Shown here: positions 39,451 to 49,233 of the stretch, in pieces
How the letters are laid out: each line of letters opens with the position of its first letter
Numbering within the stretch: position 1 is the stretch's first letter
Notes under the pieces: generated by a model
What the model was told of the DNA's origin: nothing
Databases searched by the model: none
What the model saw: only the letters and a program-made list of their open reading frames with translations
Translations under genes and position numbers: made by a program
IMG/VR virus record: IMGVR_UViG_2930248008_000005
Coordinates: 31,390 to 95,389 of that record
DNA: 64,000 nt
Source of the DNA: a virus
Taxonomy: Duplodnaviria > Caudoviricetes
Direction: 5' to 3' (one strand)

Positions 39451-39663
39451 ATGATCAGAAGTGTGGGCGACCTGAAGGCCGCGCTGGAGGAGTACGACGA
39501 CGACACGGCGGTGGCGCTCGCGATCTCTCCCAGGCGCCCATTCGAGCACCGGCTCGACAGTGCCGAGGAAGCCATCGTCGACGGCAAGCACGTCTTGTAC
39601 CTCGTCGACGGGGGGCAGAAGGACTACCTGCCCACCGAGGCCAGACAGGCGCTCAGCTGGTAG
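39451..39663 (+). CDS. Small hypothetical protein
   Basis: SVGDLKAALEEYDDDTAVALA..P..PFEH motif; GGAGG RBS. Confidence 0.7.
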   Translation: MIRSVGDLKAALEEYDDDTAVALAISPRRPFEHRLDSAEEAIVDGKHVLYLVDGGQKDYLPTEARQALSW

Positions 39664-39748
39664 CCCGGCGACTTCCGTGGCCCTCAGGCGTGTCCTGAGG
39701 GCGTGCGGTGGCCGCCTGGCCAGAATCACCGACAAGGAAGAGGACAGG

Positions 39749-40171
39749 ATGCGGATCAAGAAGCTGTTCGGCGTGGTCATGCTGGCCGGCGCCCTGGCCA
39801 TCCCGACGGCCGCCGTGGCCGCCTGTGCGCCGACCGAGAAGACGAGCAACGGGGCGGCGGACTGCGACGTCGACGACCAGCGCGAACGCGACGAGGACTG
39901 CGGCTACTACGACGAGGCCGGCATCTGGGTCTGGTACCCCTGGGTCGTCCAGGGCCAGGACTCGAAGCCGCCGAAGGGTTGGAAGGCGCCGAAGATCAAG
40001 ATCGGCACTCAGCCGACGGGCAAGGCGACGGGGTCGCGCACCTCGGGCGCCTCGACGCAGAAGCAGACGAGCACCACTACGCGGTCGAACACGACCAGCA
40101 CGCGGCAGTCCACGACGGGCGGCAGCCGCACCTCCGGGGGGTCTCTCGGTGGCGGTGGCCGTCGGCGCTGA
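39749..40171 (+). CDS. Putative lipoprotein with Ser/Thr/Gly-rich tail
   Basis: Signal peptide with VAAC lipobox. Confidence 0.65.
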   Translation: MRIKKLFGVVMLAGALAIPTAAVAACAPTEKTSNGAADCDVDDQRERDEDCGYYDEAGIWVWYPWVVQGQDSKPPKGWKAPKIKIGTQPTGKATGSRTSGASTQKQTSTTTRSNTTSTRQSTTGGSRTSGGSLGGGGRRR

Positions 40172-40260
40172 CGCCTTCTGTCGCGCCTCGCGCTTCCGCG
40201 CGGGGCGCGGCGGTGGGCGCCAGAGCGCGGAGAATGCAGCCAGACGAGGAGGAGGTGACG

Positions 40261-40797
40261 ATGGGGGACGTTATCCACGAGACGCGCATCGGCGCCGTGT
40301 CGCCGGTGAGCGGCGAGTACGTGGAGTCGGTGCTGGTGTGGGCGGACCGCCCCTACAGCACCTGCGACCGGTGCGGACAGCCGGTGCCCACGGTGGAGTC
40401 GGCGCCGGCGATCGCGAACCCGCTGGGGTCGGCGATGGCGGTCAGCCAGCAGCACGGCTGCGGCGAGTGGCTGAGCGTGTTCTGGACCGAGCTGCCGGGC
40501 GACGCCACGGTGGAGCAGATCACCCAGGCCAAGCACGACCTGCTGCGGCGATACCGAGCGGCGATCGAGGAGCGCACCGAGGAGATTCGCGCCGCGCTGG
40601 CTGCCGACCTGACCGAGATGCTCGAACTGTCGCCGGATGAGCGGTACTGCACGGGCTCGGAGGTGGAGCCGGGCATTTACCAGGAGTCGGGCGGCTACCT
40701 CAAGGCTGGCCCCTGGGTGGCCTGGGCGTACGCCCCGGTGGGCGGCGACGCGATCACGGTGTACGAGGAGGACCTGGGCAAAGGTCCGGCGAGGTAG
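40261..40797 (+). CDS. Hypothetical cassette protein
   Basis: GGAGGTG RBS; bounded by type B repeats. Confidence 0.7.
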   Translation: MGDVIHETRIGAVSPVSGEYVESVLVWADRPYSTCDRCGQPVPTVESAPAIANPLGSAMAVSQQHGCGEWLSVFWTELPGDATVEQITQAKHDLLRRYRAAIEERTEEIRAALAADLTEMLELSPDERYCTGSEVEPGIYQESGGYLKAGPWVAWAYAPVGGDAITVYEEDLGKGPAR

Positions 40798-40872
40798 CTG
40801 GCGCTTTCCGTCCGGCCCGGACGCGTTCCGGGCCGGGGCGGTGGCCGCCAGGGCCAAGGAGGAGGAAGGCAG

Positions 40873-41160
40873 ATGGCTGGAGGCAAGAGGTACACGGTCG
40901 TGCAGCACAGCGGCTTCGGCTACTCGGGCAAGTGCGAGTTTCAGCGGGGACTGGAGCCGGTAGCGGTCGGCAAGGGCTCCGAGGACCGGGTGCGCCGGGC
41001 CGGCGGGGTCCTGTTCGACGGATACGCGCAGGCTGACCAGTTCGCCAGGGTGGAGATGTACCCGAAGGGGCACGTCGGCCTCCTGCCGGCCGCCCCGGGT
41101 GAGTTCGCCAGAAGCGAGGTTCAGGGGCTGCGTGTCTACGTGCCGACCAAGAAGTCCTGA
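40873..41160 (+). CDS. Hypothetical cassette protein
   Basis: Bounded by type B repeats. Confidence 0.7.
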   Translation: MAGGKRYTVVQHSGFGYSGKCEFQRGLEPVAVGKGSEDRVRRAGGVLFDGYAQADQFARVEMYPKGHVGLLPAAPGEFARSEVQGLRVYVPTKKS

Positions 41161-41250
41161 CCGCTTCTGCCCCACCCGGCCGCGCCGGGTGGGGTGGTGG
41201 CCGCCAGGGCCAGCCGCGGCGATCGGCCGCGGACCCCGAAGGGACGCGAC

Positions 41251-42246
41251 GTGGCAAAGATCAAATACGAGGACTGGAGTCCGACGGCTGCGGTCCGCAG
41301 CGAGATCCGGCGGGCGGAGATGATCTGCCGGGAGTTCGCCGCGCAGGGCTACGACCTGACCCTGCGTCAGTTGTACTACCAGTTCGTCTCCAAGGACTGG
41401 ATACCGAACACCCAGCGGTCGTACGACCGGCTGGGCAGCATCATCAACAAGGCCCGCATGGCGGGCATGCTGGACTGGGACTACATCGTGGACCGCACCC
41501 GCAACCTGCGCGCCAACTCGCACTGGGAGAACCCGGACTCGATCATCGACTCCGCGGCGTACAGCTTCCAGGTCGACAAGTGGGCCGACCAGCCACGGCG
41601 GGTCGAGGTGTGGGTCGAGAAGGAGGCCCTCGCCGGCATCGTCCAGCGGGTGGCCAACCAGCATGACGTGGCCTGGTTTTCCTGCCGGGGCTACGTCTCG
41701 CAGAGCGAGCTGTGGGGCGCCGCGCGGCGCCACCTGCGCTACATCCAGGACGGGCAGGGTGTGACCGTACTACACCTGGGCGACCACGACCCGTCGGGCA
41801 TCGACATGACCCGGGACATCAAGGACCGGCTGGAGAAGTTCCTCAACCAGGACTGGCTCGACGAGCACGCCCACGAGTTCGAGGGGGACTCTGTGTGGAT
41901 CGCCGAGATCCGCCGGTCGATGCGCGAGCACGTCTCGGGCGACCCGATCGAGGTGCGGCGCATCGCGCTGAACTACGACCAGGTGGAGGAGTACGACCCG
42001 CCGCCGAACCCGGCGAAGTTGACGGACTCCCGCGCCAAGGGGTACATCGCCCAGCACGGCTACGAGTCGTGGGAGCTGGACGCGCTGGACCCGTCGACGC
42101 TGGCCGCGCTGATCACCGAGCACATCGAGGGGCTGCGCGTCGACGACCTGTATGAGCGCAGCCGGGCGATCGAGGACGAGCACAAGCGGCTGCTGGCCGA
42201 GGCGTCGAGCCGCTGGCCGGAGGTTGTCGAGTTCCTGCGGTCCTGA
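41251..42246 (+). CDS. Topoisomerase VI-A/Spo11-like wHTH-TOPRIM protein
   Basis: LTLRQLYY, VWVEKEAL, RGY.S, LGDHDPSG, RIALN and WELDAL motifs. Confidence 0.8.
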   Translation: MAKIKYEDWSPTAAVRSEIRRAEMICREFAAQGYDLTLRQLYYQFVSKDWIPNTQRSYDRLGSIINKARMAGMLDWDYIVDRTRNLRANSHWENPDSIIDSAAYSFQVDKWADQPRRVEVWVEKEALAGIVQRVANQHDVAWFSCRGYVSQSELWGAARRHLRYIQDGQGVTVLHLGDHDPSGIDMTRDIKDRLEKFLNQDWLDEHAHEFEGDSVWIAEIRRSMREHVSGDPIEVRRIALNYDQVEEYDPPPNPAKLTDSRAKGYIAQHGYESWELDALDPSTLAALITEHIEGLRVDDLYERSRAIEDEHKRLLAEASSRWPEVVEFLRS

Positions 42247-42317
42247 CGGATTCGGTCCCGCCCGGACGGCGTGCCGGGCGGGGCGGTGGCCGTCAGGGCC
42301 AATCCGAGGGCGCCCCG

Positions 42318-42360
42318 TTGCCTGGGTGCGTCTCCTCGTCTACCTTGGATGCATTAAATA
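42318..42360 (+). promoter_or_regulatory. Promoter with TTGGATGCATTAAAT motif
   Basis: TTGCCT-N17-TACCTT; same downstream motif as at 34686. Confidence 0.65.
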
Positions 42361-42374
42361 AACCTGGAGGCACG

Positions 42375-42644
42375 ATGAGTAACGAGATGTGCGCTCAGGA
42401 GGAAGTACCCCGCACCCGAACCCGCTACCGGCCGGCACCGGGAGAGCCAATGCCCGAGCAGCCGGCGCCGGTGCACCGCCCCGGCGCGACAGCAGGCCGG
42501 GTGGCGGTCGCGGTCGTGATGGCCCCGGCAGTCATCGCCGGCGCGATGGCCTACGGCATCGTCGGCGCGCTTGTCGCGCTCGCGGTAGCCGCCGCGGCGG
42601 TGGCGCACGTCCAGCCGAACGCGCGACGGGGACGGCCGCGGTGA
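42375..42644 (+). CDS. Small membrane protein
   Basis: GGAGG RBS; hydrophobic C-terminal half. Confidence 0.65.
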   Translation: MSNEMCAQEEVPRTRTRYRPAPGEPMPEQPAPVHRPGATAGRVAVAVVMAPAVIAGAMAYGIVGALVALAVAAAAVAHVQPNARRGRPR

Positions 42645-42982
42645 ACCTCAACGACTACGACTCGCGCGACGATGTCGCGGCGCTGATCGCCGACCCGCCG
42701 CTGCAGCCGCAGGCGATCACCAACTACATGATCCGTTCCAGGCCAGGCGGAAGGTACGCCAGCGACCCCTTCCCGCCACCGACGGCCTACTACAGCCGCG
42801 GCAAGGTGGAGGCCATCGACCCGGAGACCTTCTACACCGCCAAGGACCGGCCGAACCGACGCGGCAAGACACCGCTGTGGCATCACAAGCTGCGTTCGGA
42901 GATCCGAGAATGGCACGCCAGGGTCCTCGGCGGAGGGCGCCCCGGCGCACGCAAGAGCGCCACAGGAGGTGAGCGACAGTGA
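42641..42982 (+). CDS. Hypothetical protein (possible DNA-binding)
   Basis: GTGA overlap. Confidence 0.6.
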   Translation: MNLNDYDSRDDVAALIADPPLQPQAITNYMIRSRPGGRYASDPFPPPTAYYSRGKVEAIDPETFYTAKDRPNRRGKTPLWHHKLRSEIREWHARVLGGGRPGARKSATGGERQ

Positions 42983-43374
42983 GCGACCTCAGCTTTTTTC
43001 AGGTCGAGGTACCCGAATTGGAACCCGGCGGGCCGATGCGACTGTGGGCGCTGCGCGGTCCAGCCGGGGCGGTTAGCGTGGTGGCCCGCTTACTGCGGGG
43101 CGACGATCGAGCGCCCGAGGGGATGACGGTCGAGGCCCCGGACGGTGTGCGACTACTGCCGACGATCCTCGCGATCCATCGTCGGCCGCGCCCGGGGGAG
43201 GTCGACGTCCAGGATCCGTGCCACGCCCTGGATGGGCCCTGCGTCGCTGCCGGGCACTCCTTTCTCGCTGCAGATCGGGTGCTGAACGAGTGGGCCGCCA
43301 GTGGCCACGACGACGGAGTGATCCGAAGTGAGCTGGAGGGCTGGTACGAGAGCTACCTTCCACGCTCGAACTGA
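42979..43374 (+). CDS. Hypothetical protein
   Basis: GGAGGTG RBS; GTGA overlap. Confidence 0.65.
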   Translation: MSDLSFFQVEVPELEPGGPMRLWALRGPAGAVSVVARLLRGDDRAPEGMTVEAPDGVRLLPTILAIHRRPRPGEVDVQDPCHALDGPCVAAGHSFLAADRVLNEWAASGHDDGVIRSELEGWYESYLPRSN

Positions 43375-43456
43375 TCGGCCCGCTTCTGTCCGGCCCGCAC
43401 TCGCGGGCCGGCGCAGTGGCCGACCGGCCAGAGCCAACAGCAACCCGAGGAGAGTC

Positions 43457-43747
43457 GTGGAGCTGATCCTGACCCTGAACTGCGACGGCACGACCGTCAG
43501 AATCCCCATCCAGCCCGGCGATGAGCCGCAGGCCGTCGCACACGTCTACTTCCAGCCGATGACCGTCGAGCTGATCCCCGACTGCGAGGAGACCGACTAC
43601 GACCACCGCGGCGACTGCGACGGCCAAACCCGGCGCCGCCAGGTGATCCACCAGGGCGCCTACGGCCACGCCAGGGGCGAGGGTGTCTACCTCTGCACCC
43701 TGCACGGTCGGCAGGCCGCTCGCCGCGGCGAGGTCGAGGCGCTGTGA
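43457..43747 (+). CDS. Hypothetical protein
   Basis: Follows a type B repeat. Confidence 0.65.
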   Translation: MELILTLNCDGTTVRIPIQPGDEPQAVAHVYFQPMTVELIPDCEETDYDHRGDCDGQTRRRQVIHQGAYGHARGEGVYLCTLHGRQAARRGEVEAL

Positions 43748-44058
43748 GGCGCGCCAGAATCCCCGCGCACGTCGTGGAGGCATGGTCGGTTCTGCCCGAC
43801 CGGCAGTGCCCCTGCCGGTGTGGACAGCGGGCGAAGATCGTCTGCGAGGACGGCTGGCGCGACATCGGCAGCTGGCTGTCCGACGAGGTGAGCAAGGCGC
43901 CGCTGGACATGGACCTGCTTACCCAGGTCCTCATCTACTGGTCGCCGGCCAGCGAGCGGGGCGCCCCGCAGGAGCAGTACGACGCCGAGTGCGACCGACT
44001 GGAGGCGGAGCTGGACTTGATCCTGCTCCACATCATCCCCGAGGAGCTGCGGTCCTGA
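43744..44058 (+). CDS. Hypothetical protein
   Basis: GTGA overlap; ends in a type B repeat. Confidence 0.65.
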   Translation: MRRARIPAHVVEAWSVLPDRQCPCRCGQRAKIVCEDGWRDIGSWLSDEVSKAPLDMDLLTQVLIYWSPASERGAPQEQYDAECDRLEAELDLILLHIIPEELRS

Positions 44059-44145
44059 CCGACCCGCTTCCGTCCGCCCCGGGCTACCCGGGGCGGCGCG
44101 GTGGCCGACCGGCCAGAGAAATCGAAGATCGAGAGGGCACGAGGC

Positions 44146-44433
44146 ATGGACCGTTCTGTCGACCCTGACCGCAACCCCGAGTGGAGCCGCGAGGGCGAGC
44201 CGCCGGCCGAGCCAGCGCACTGGACGATGCCCGAGTGGATGGAGCCCTACCGGGACCTCATCGTCAATACCGGTGGGAACGAGGTCGAGGAGCTGATCAA
44301 CGACCTGAATACGGACAGGCGGATGATGCGTACCAACGTCGTCCGGTTTTCGCTCGCCGTGGCCGTCAGGAGTCAGGTTTCCCTGCTGGCCGGGCTGCGC
44401 GAGGCCGGGCTGCTGAGGAGGGAGTCGCAGTGA
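44146..44433 (+). CDS. Hypothetical protein
   Basis: W.MPEWMEPYR..I.NTGGN.VEEL motif. Confidence 0.7.
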   Translation: MDRSVDPDRNPEWSREGEPPAEPAHWTMPEWMEPYRDLIVNTGGNEVEELINDLNTDRRMMRTNVVRFSLAVAVRSQVSLLAGLREAGLLRRESQ

Positions 44434-44702
44434 AACTGATCCTGACTATCGATGGACGCGGCGATGTGCGCGTCAAGACCGAGGGGAACGCCGAGTTCTT
44501 CACCATCACCCCCGGCACGACGCTCAACACGTACGCAACCGTCACGTCGACGCTTCCTGGCTTGGCGACTTTCGACGGCCGGGACGTGGATGCCGCGGTC
44601 GAGCGGTGCGTGGAGCTGCTCGGCTTGTGGCTGCGCGAGCACATCGGCGGGCGCGTCCCGATCGAGGTCGTTGACCGGCGGGGTCAGGGCCCGGCCACCT
44701 GA
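44430..44702 (+). CDS. Hypothetical protein
   Basis: GTGA overlap. Confidence 0.6.
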   Translation: MKLILTIDGRGDVRVKTEGNAEFFTITPGTTLNTYATVTSTLPGLATFDGRDVDAAVERCVELLGLWLREHIGGRVPIEVVDRRGQGPAT

Positions 44703-44781
44703 GCGCCTGGCCGCTCCTGCCGGGCTGGTCTCGCACCAGCCCGGCGGTGGCCGCCAGGGCCAGGACCAGGAGGACCGAGAG

Positions 44782-45126
44782 ATGAAGAGCAAAAGGATGA
44801 CCGCGATCGTGGTCGTCGCGGCGGGGCTGGCCGCTGGCGCGGCCGGGTGCAGTAGCGCCAGCTACGACGAGCGGCGCGCGTATCTGGACAAGACAGCGCA
44901 ACGGGGCGTGGAGGCGCACCAGCGCATGGCGGCCCAGGGCGGGCAGATCGACGAGAAGCGGTGCCGGCGGGCCTTCTTCGCACTGGCGCTGGACGACCTG
45001 CCCGGCGTCGATGTCGGCAGTCACGGGGATTGGCAGCGCGAGGTGGAGCAGACCTTCATCGACAGCTGTCGGTCGGGCACGGCGGCCTCGGCGTCGCCGA
45101 GCACGCTGGTGGCCCCTACGGCGTGA
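44782..45126 (+). CDS. Putative lipoprotein
   Basis: MKSKR, hydrophobic stretch, AAGC lipobox. Confidence 0.7.
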   Translation: MKSKRMTAIVVVAAGLAAGAAGCSSASYDERRAYLDKTAQRGVEAHQRMAAQGGQIDEKRCRRAFFALALDDLPGVDVGSHGDWQREVEQTFIDSCRSGTAASASPSTLVAPTA

Positions 45127-45817
45127 CGCGGTAGACCGGGCGGACCTGGTCTGCGGGCATGACGATGTCGGCGGTCTCCACGCGGAGGTCGCCGACGGTC
45201 ATCCAGCGGGCGATGACGGTGACCCGGGAGACGCCGGGGATCATCAGCGCTGCCGCCTCGGCCTCGGTCGCCAGTCGGCAGTGCGGGCTCTCCCAGATCT
45301 CGTCGACATGGATGCCGGCGGCTGCCAGTTGCGCGACGTTGTCGCCGGCCTTCGCGGCACCGAACATGTCCTCGCGCCCGTCGACCAGCTCCAGTGGAAT
45401 GTGGCTGGTCTCCAGGCGTCGCGGACGGTCGTCGACGTAGTGGACCGAGCGCTGCCAGAGCAGCGGCGTCCCGACCTCGACGCGTAGCCGCTCGGCGAGG
45501 TCGGCCGTGGCGGGGCTGCGGTCGACGTTGTAGACGGTGAGGCGGTCGCCCCAGCCGGCGCGGTACCGGTCCGGACCGAGTTCCTGCACGGGTTGCCGGG
45601 CGCGGACCTGGGTGCCGCGGCCGACGATCGTCTCGATGAGCCCCTCGGCGCGCAGTGTTTCGAGGGCCCTCTGGAGGGTGCCTCGGGCGACTCCGTACTC
45701 CTCGGCGAGCGTGACTTCGCCCGGGAGCGTGAACCCGGCGGGCAACTCGCCCGACTCGATGCGGCTCCGGAGGGAGTCGGCGATCTGCCGGTAACGAGCG
45801 GGGTCCGCAGGCGACAT
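45116..45817 (-). CDS. GntR (HutC/UTRA) regulator, KorSA/TraR-like
   Basis: RYRQIADSLR..I.SG....G..LP.E..LAEEYGVAR.T...AL..L..EGL....GRGT plus UTRA-like domain; divergent from the transfer genes. Confidence 0.9.
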   Translation of the reverse strand: MSPADPARYRQIADSLRSRIESGELPAGFTLPGEVTLAEEYGVARGTLQRALETLRAEGLIETIVGRGTQVRARQPVQELGPDRYRAGWGDRLTVYNVDRSPATADLAERLRVEVGTPLLWQRSVHYVDDRPRRLETSHIPLELVDGREDMFGAAKAGDNVAQLAAAGIHVDEIWESPHCRLATEAEAAALMIPGVSRVTVIARWMTVGDLRVETADIVMPADQVRPVYRVTP

Positions 45818-45892
45818 GGTGATCACGGTACCGCCTCTTCTGCAAGGGCCCGGGCTGGCCGCTTCGAACACGACAGCAGACTCTAGCCCGAA

Positions 45893-45908
45893 TAGTCAGA
45901 TCTGACTA
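45893..45908. promoter_or_regulatory. Perfect 16-bp palindrome, putative GntR operator
   Basis: TAGTCAGATCTGACTA in the divergent intergenic region. Confidence 0.6.
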
Positions 45909-45942
45909 GACAGATTGGCATAGACAGGAGTACGGTGCCCCC

Positions 45943-47739
45943 ATGATCGACGCGATGAGGCCGGCCTCTGAGGCCACGAGGCCACGAGGCCACGAGGCCG
46001 CCGATGGGGCCAACGAGGCCGCAACGGTGGGCCAGGATGAGGCCGGCCCCCGTGAGGCCGACGAGGCCTCGACGGCGAGGCCGACTGAGGCCGCCGCTTC
46101 GGCCGGCCTCAACGGGGCCGACCCCATGAGGCCAGGAGCCGTGAGGCAGGCCCCCGCCTTCAAGGCCTCGCGCACGGCCAGCAACATCGCCGCGCGAGGC
46201 CAGCGGGCCATCGCTGAGGCCGAGGCCGAGGCCATCCGCCTCAGGGCCCACACCGAGCAGAAGGTGACCGTTGAGGCCACCAAGGCGAGGCAGGCTGAGG
46301 CCCGCGAGGCCAAGAGGCTGGCCCGCAAGGAGGCCAGGCGCGCGGCGATGCGTGAGGCCGTGGCCCGCACCCTTGGGGCCGCCGGCCGCGCCGTGACCTA
46401 CGCCCGGGAGCACGCCGACTCGGTGTACTCGATGGGCATCTACGGGGCTGCGGTTGGCGTGGCGGGCACCTCTCAGGCGCAGGTCGCACACGACCTGTTC
46501 GACTGGTCGTGGCCGCGCGCCATCGGCGGCGCGGCGTTCATTGAGGGCCTGGCCCTGGCGTTCGCCCTCACCGCCCACAAGCAGCGCATGCAGGGCGAGA
46601 AGGCGTTCCTGCTGCGCGGCCTGACGGCCACCGCGGCGGGCTTCGGTGCCTGGGTCAACTACACCGCCCACGCCGGCGACCCCAGCCTGGAACCCTGGGT
46701 CGCCCAGGTCATGGGCGTCGTCCTGGCCGCCTCCTCGATCGCCGGCATCGTCCTGTGGGAGATGCGGACCAACGCCCGTACCCGCAAGGAGCTGCGCAAG
46801 GCGGAGAAGAAGGCCGCGCCGAAGGCGAGCCTGGGCCTTGACCTGGCGCTTCGCTACCCGGGCACCGCGTTCTGGGCCTGGTCTGCGATGGTCGCCCGAC
46901 CGTGGGTGCGCAACCGTGCCGAGGCCATCCGGGTCGGCGCCGAGATGCGGGCCGAGCGGGCCGAGAGGATCGCTCGGAAGAAGCAGCGTCGCCAGGTCGC
47001 GCGAGCCAACGCGATCCTGCGCAAGGCCGCGGCGAAGGCCGCGGTGAAGGCCGGCAAGAAGGGTGACGCCGGCCTCGCGCTGACGCACCTGGCCCGCGTG
47101 GCCGAGGTCGGCTCGGAGGCCTTCGCGGGGCAGCCGGCCCTTGAGGCCAGCCCGGCCACTGGGGCCGGCCTCACCATCGACGGCAGCCTCGTCCCGGCCG
47201 GCCTCGCAGCCTCTGAGGCCAACGCTCAGCCCCGGCCTCACGAGGCCAGCCCGGCCTCGACGGCCCCACTCTCGCGGCCTCGGCCCCATGAGGCCGGCCT
47301 CGCCGGCGTGGCCTCGCCGGCCCCGGCCTCGCGGCCTCAGTCCCCTGAGGCCGGCCTCAGGGTGCTGGCCTCGCCGGCCTCTGGTCTCATGCCTCAGCCT
47401 CACGAGGCCGGCCTCGCGGGCGGTGGGGCCGGCGAGGCCGGCGCGGGGACCGATGGGGCCAGCGGCCCCGGGGCCTCGTCGGCTGAGGCCTCGGCCTCAC
47501 ACGGCGGGGCCGGTGAGGCCGAGGTGGGCGACCTGAGGGCCGCGCGCAACCGCCACGACTCGCGGGTCAACGAGCTGGACCTCATGTTCCCGGACTGCAT
47601 CCCGAGCCGGAACAAGGTGAAGGCGCTGGTGAAGCTGATGACCGCAGCGGGCGAGCCGCCGCTCAATGCCTGGACCAGCAACCGGGACATCGACAACGCG
47701 ATCAAGGCCCTCCGCGAGCGCCGCTCGCGGGCTGCCTGA
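45943..47739 (+). CDS. Spd/Tra-like membrane protein (DUF2637-like) with low-complexity flanks
   Basis: Four TM segments, LALRYP..AF.AW motif, EA-rich ends; first gene opposite GntR. Confidence 0.6.
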   Translation: MIDAMRPASEATRPRGHEAADGANEAATVGQDEAGPREADEASTARPTEAAASAGLNGADPMRPGAVRQAPAFKASRTASNIAARGQRAIAEAEAEAIRLRAHTEQKVTVEATKARQAEAREAKRLARKEARRAAMREAVARTLGAAGRAVTYAREHADSVYSMGIYGAAVGVAGTSQAQVAHDLFDWSWPRAIGGAAFIEGLALAFALTAHKQRMQGEKAFLLRGLTATAAGFGAWVNYTAHAGDPSLEPWVAQVMGVVLAASSIAGIVLWEMRTNARTRKELRKAEKKAAPKASLGLDLALRYPGTAFWAWSAMVARPWVRNRAEAIRVGAEMRAERAERIARKKQRRQVARANAILRKAAAKAAVKAGKKGDAGLALTHLARVAEVGSEAFAGQPALEASPATGAGLTIDGSLVPAGLAASEANAQPRPHEASPASTAPLSRPRPHEAGLAGVASPAPASRPQSPEAGLRVLASPASGLMPQPHEAGLAGGGAGEAGAGTDGASGPGASSAEASASHGGAGEAEVGDLRAARNRHDSRVNELDLMFPDCIPSRNKVKALVKLMTAAGEPPLNAWTSNRDIDNAIKALRERRSRAA

Positions 47740-47755
47740 GCAGGGAGGACATGAG

Positions 47756-47977
47756 ATGAAGGAGGAGATGGCAATGCCGACGGCAATGCCGTTACGGGCG
47801 AAGGTGTACACCCTGATCTGGGCCGTGCTGACCTTCGGGACCCTCGCCAGCAACGCCATCCACGTGGCGGTGCGCGGGTGGTCCTGGACGGTTGGAGCGT
47901 CGAGTCTGCTGCTGCTGGCGGCGCTGGCCCTCTGGGTCCACGCGACGGTTCTCCGCCGGTCCCGAAACCGGGCCTGA
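47756..47977 (+). CDS. Small two-TM protein
   Basis: Hydrophobic; RBS. Confidence 0.6.
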   Translation: MKEEMAMPTAMPLRAKVYTLIWAVLTFGTLASNAIHVAVRGWSWTVGASSLLLLAALALWVHATVLRRSRNRA

Positions 47978-48005
47978 GCTGCGAAAACGTAGAGGAGAGC
48001 ATCTG

Positions 48006-48323
48006 ATGCGACAGGAAGACGAGGACGAGGCGGGGCGGATGCTCAGCGAGCGACGGCCGTACTACGTCCAGCCCTACTACCTGGGCAAGCGGCACGCCGA
48101 GCCCATCCTCGTCACCTTCGCCCTCGGCGACGACCGGGAGGTAGCCGAGGTCCTCGCGGGAGTGGCCGCGCGCAATCAGCGCGACCTCAGCAAGGACGTG
48201 GGCCAGTACGAGATCGAGGTGTACGAGCCGCGGTTCCGCCGCGGCAAGGTTCGGTTCGGCCAGTGGGTCACGCGGTGCGCGGCCCGTGCACAGGCGAGGA
48301 GGGGTCGTGTCGGTCACCACTGA
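48006..48323 (+). CDS. Hypothetical protein
   Basis: AGGAG RBS. Confidence 0.6.
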   Translation: MRQEDEDEAGRMLSERRPYYVQPYYLGKRHAEPILVTFALGDDREVAEVLAGVAARNQRDLSKDVGQYEIEVYEPRFRRGKVRFGQWVTRCAARAQARRGRVGHH

Positions 48324-48324
48324 G

Positions 48325-48696
48325 ATGGCAATGCCATATGGCAACGCCACCGATGGCCGCGCTGAAGATCAGCACAGGTCGGAGGTGGTGATCAAGGCGC
48401 AGGGGGCAATGGAGCGCCGTGGCACCGTGGCGCGGGGCGTCGTTGAGAACGTCCGCCAGGCGTGGCTGTTCGCGCTCGCGCCGACGCCCGTCCAGAAGCT
48501 GCTGGACCGCCTGCGGAACCCGACGGTCCCCGGCGACAACGCTGCGCTGAAGCTGCTCTACCGGGTCTTCCTGGTGTCGTGGGCCATCCCGCTGACGCTC
48601 GCTTTTTACGGTCTCGCCTCAGCGCAGCAGCACCCATCTCGGGCGGTCGTCGTCAACGGCGTCCTGGTGGGACTGGCCGTGCTCTGGCTGAGCTGA
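48325..48696 (+). CDS. Membrane protein (Spd-like)
   Basis: Two C-terminal TM segments; ..QHP.R motif. Confidence 0.55.
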   Translation: MAMPYGNATDGRAEDQHRSEVVIKAQGAMERRGTVARGVVENVRQAWLFALAPTPVQKLLDRLRNPTVPGDNAALKLLYRVFLVSWAIPLTLAFYGLASAQQHPSRAVVVNGVLVGLAVLWLS

Positions 48697-48814
48697 GCGC
48701 TCCTGGCTTCTTCTCTCGCCGTCCGGGCTTCGGATCGGACGGCGGGGGTGGCCGCCAGGGCCAGATCAGGCGCCGCCGACTGGCGGCGTCGACCACGACA
48801 TCGGAAGGATCACC

Positions 48815-49228
48815 ATGGTCATCACGAGCGGCTTCCTCGTCTGGCTGACGCTGGCCGCCGTCGGCCAGCACTATGGACCGAAGATCAACCGCGGCCGGGA
48901 GAAGTGGCAGAAGGCGTACCTCTGGGCGTCGTACTTCGGGGCGCTCATGGCCGGGGCGGCGATGGTCGACACGACCCTCGGCGACTGGGCCGCGGCCATC
49001 TCCGGCTCGTTCCCGCTTCTCGGCTGGCCGCCGGTCATCATCATGATCGCCGTCATCGCCAAGGACGTCGGCGCCGACCGGACCCCGAACATCCCGGCGT
49101 GCGTCTGCACCGTGCTGCTGTGGTCGTGGACCGTCGGCCTCGGCGGCGCACTCGGCAACGGCCTGCAGAACATCGCCACGTTCCTGAACAACCTCAGCGG
49201 CAGCCTCAACGCCAACCTGTTCGGCTGA
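48815..49228 (+). CDS. Multi-TM membrane protein (Spd-like)
   Basis: About four TM segments; upstream of traB. Confidence 0.6.
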   Translation: MVITSGFLVWLTLAAVGQHYGPKINRGREKWQKAYLWASYFGALMAGAAMVDTTLGDWAAAISGSFPLLGWPPVIIMIAVIAKDVGADRTPNIPACVCTVLLWSWTVGLGGALGNGLQNIATFLNNLSGSLNANLFG

Positions 49229-49233
49229 CCGAG

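Noticed and set aside
11350-45024. Numerous long minus-strand and alternate-frame ORFs in the ORF track
   Set aside because: Arg/Pro/Ala-rich shadow ORFs typical of high-GC DNA, overlapping better RBS-supported plus-strand genes.
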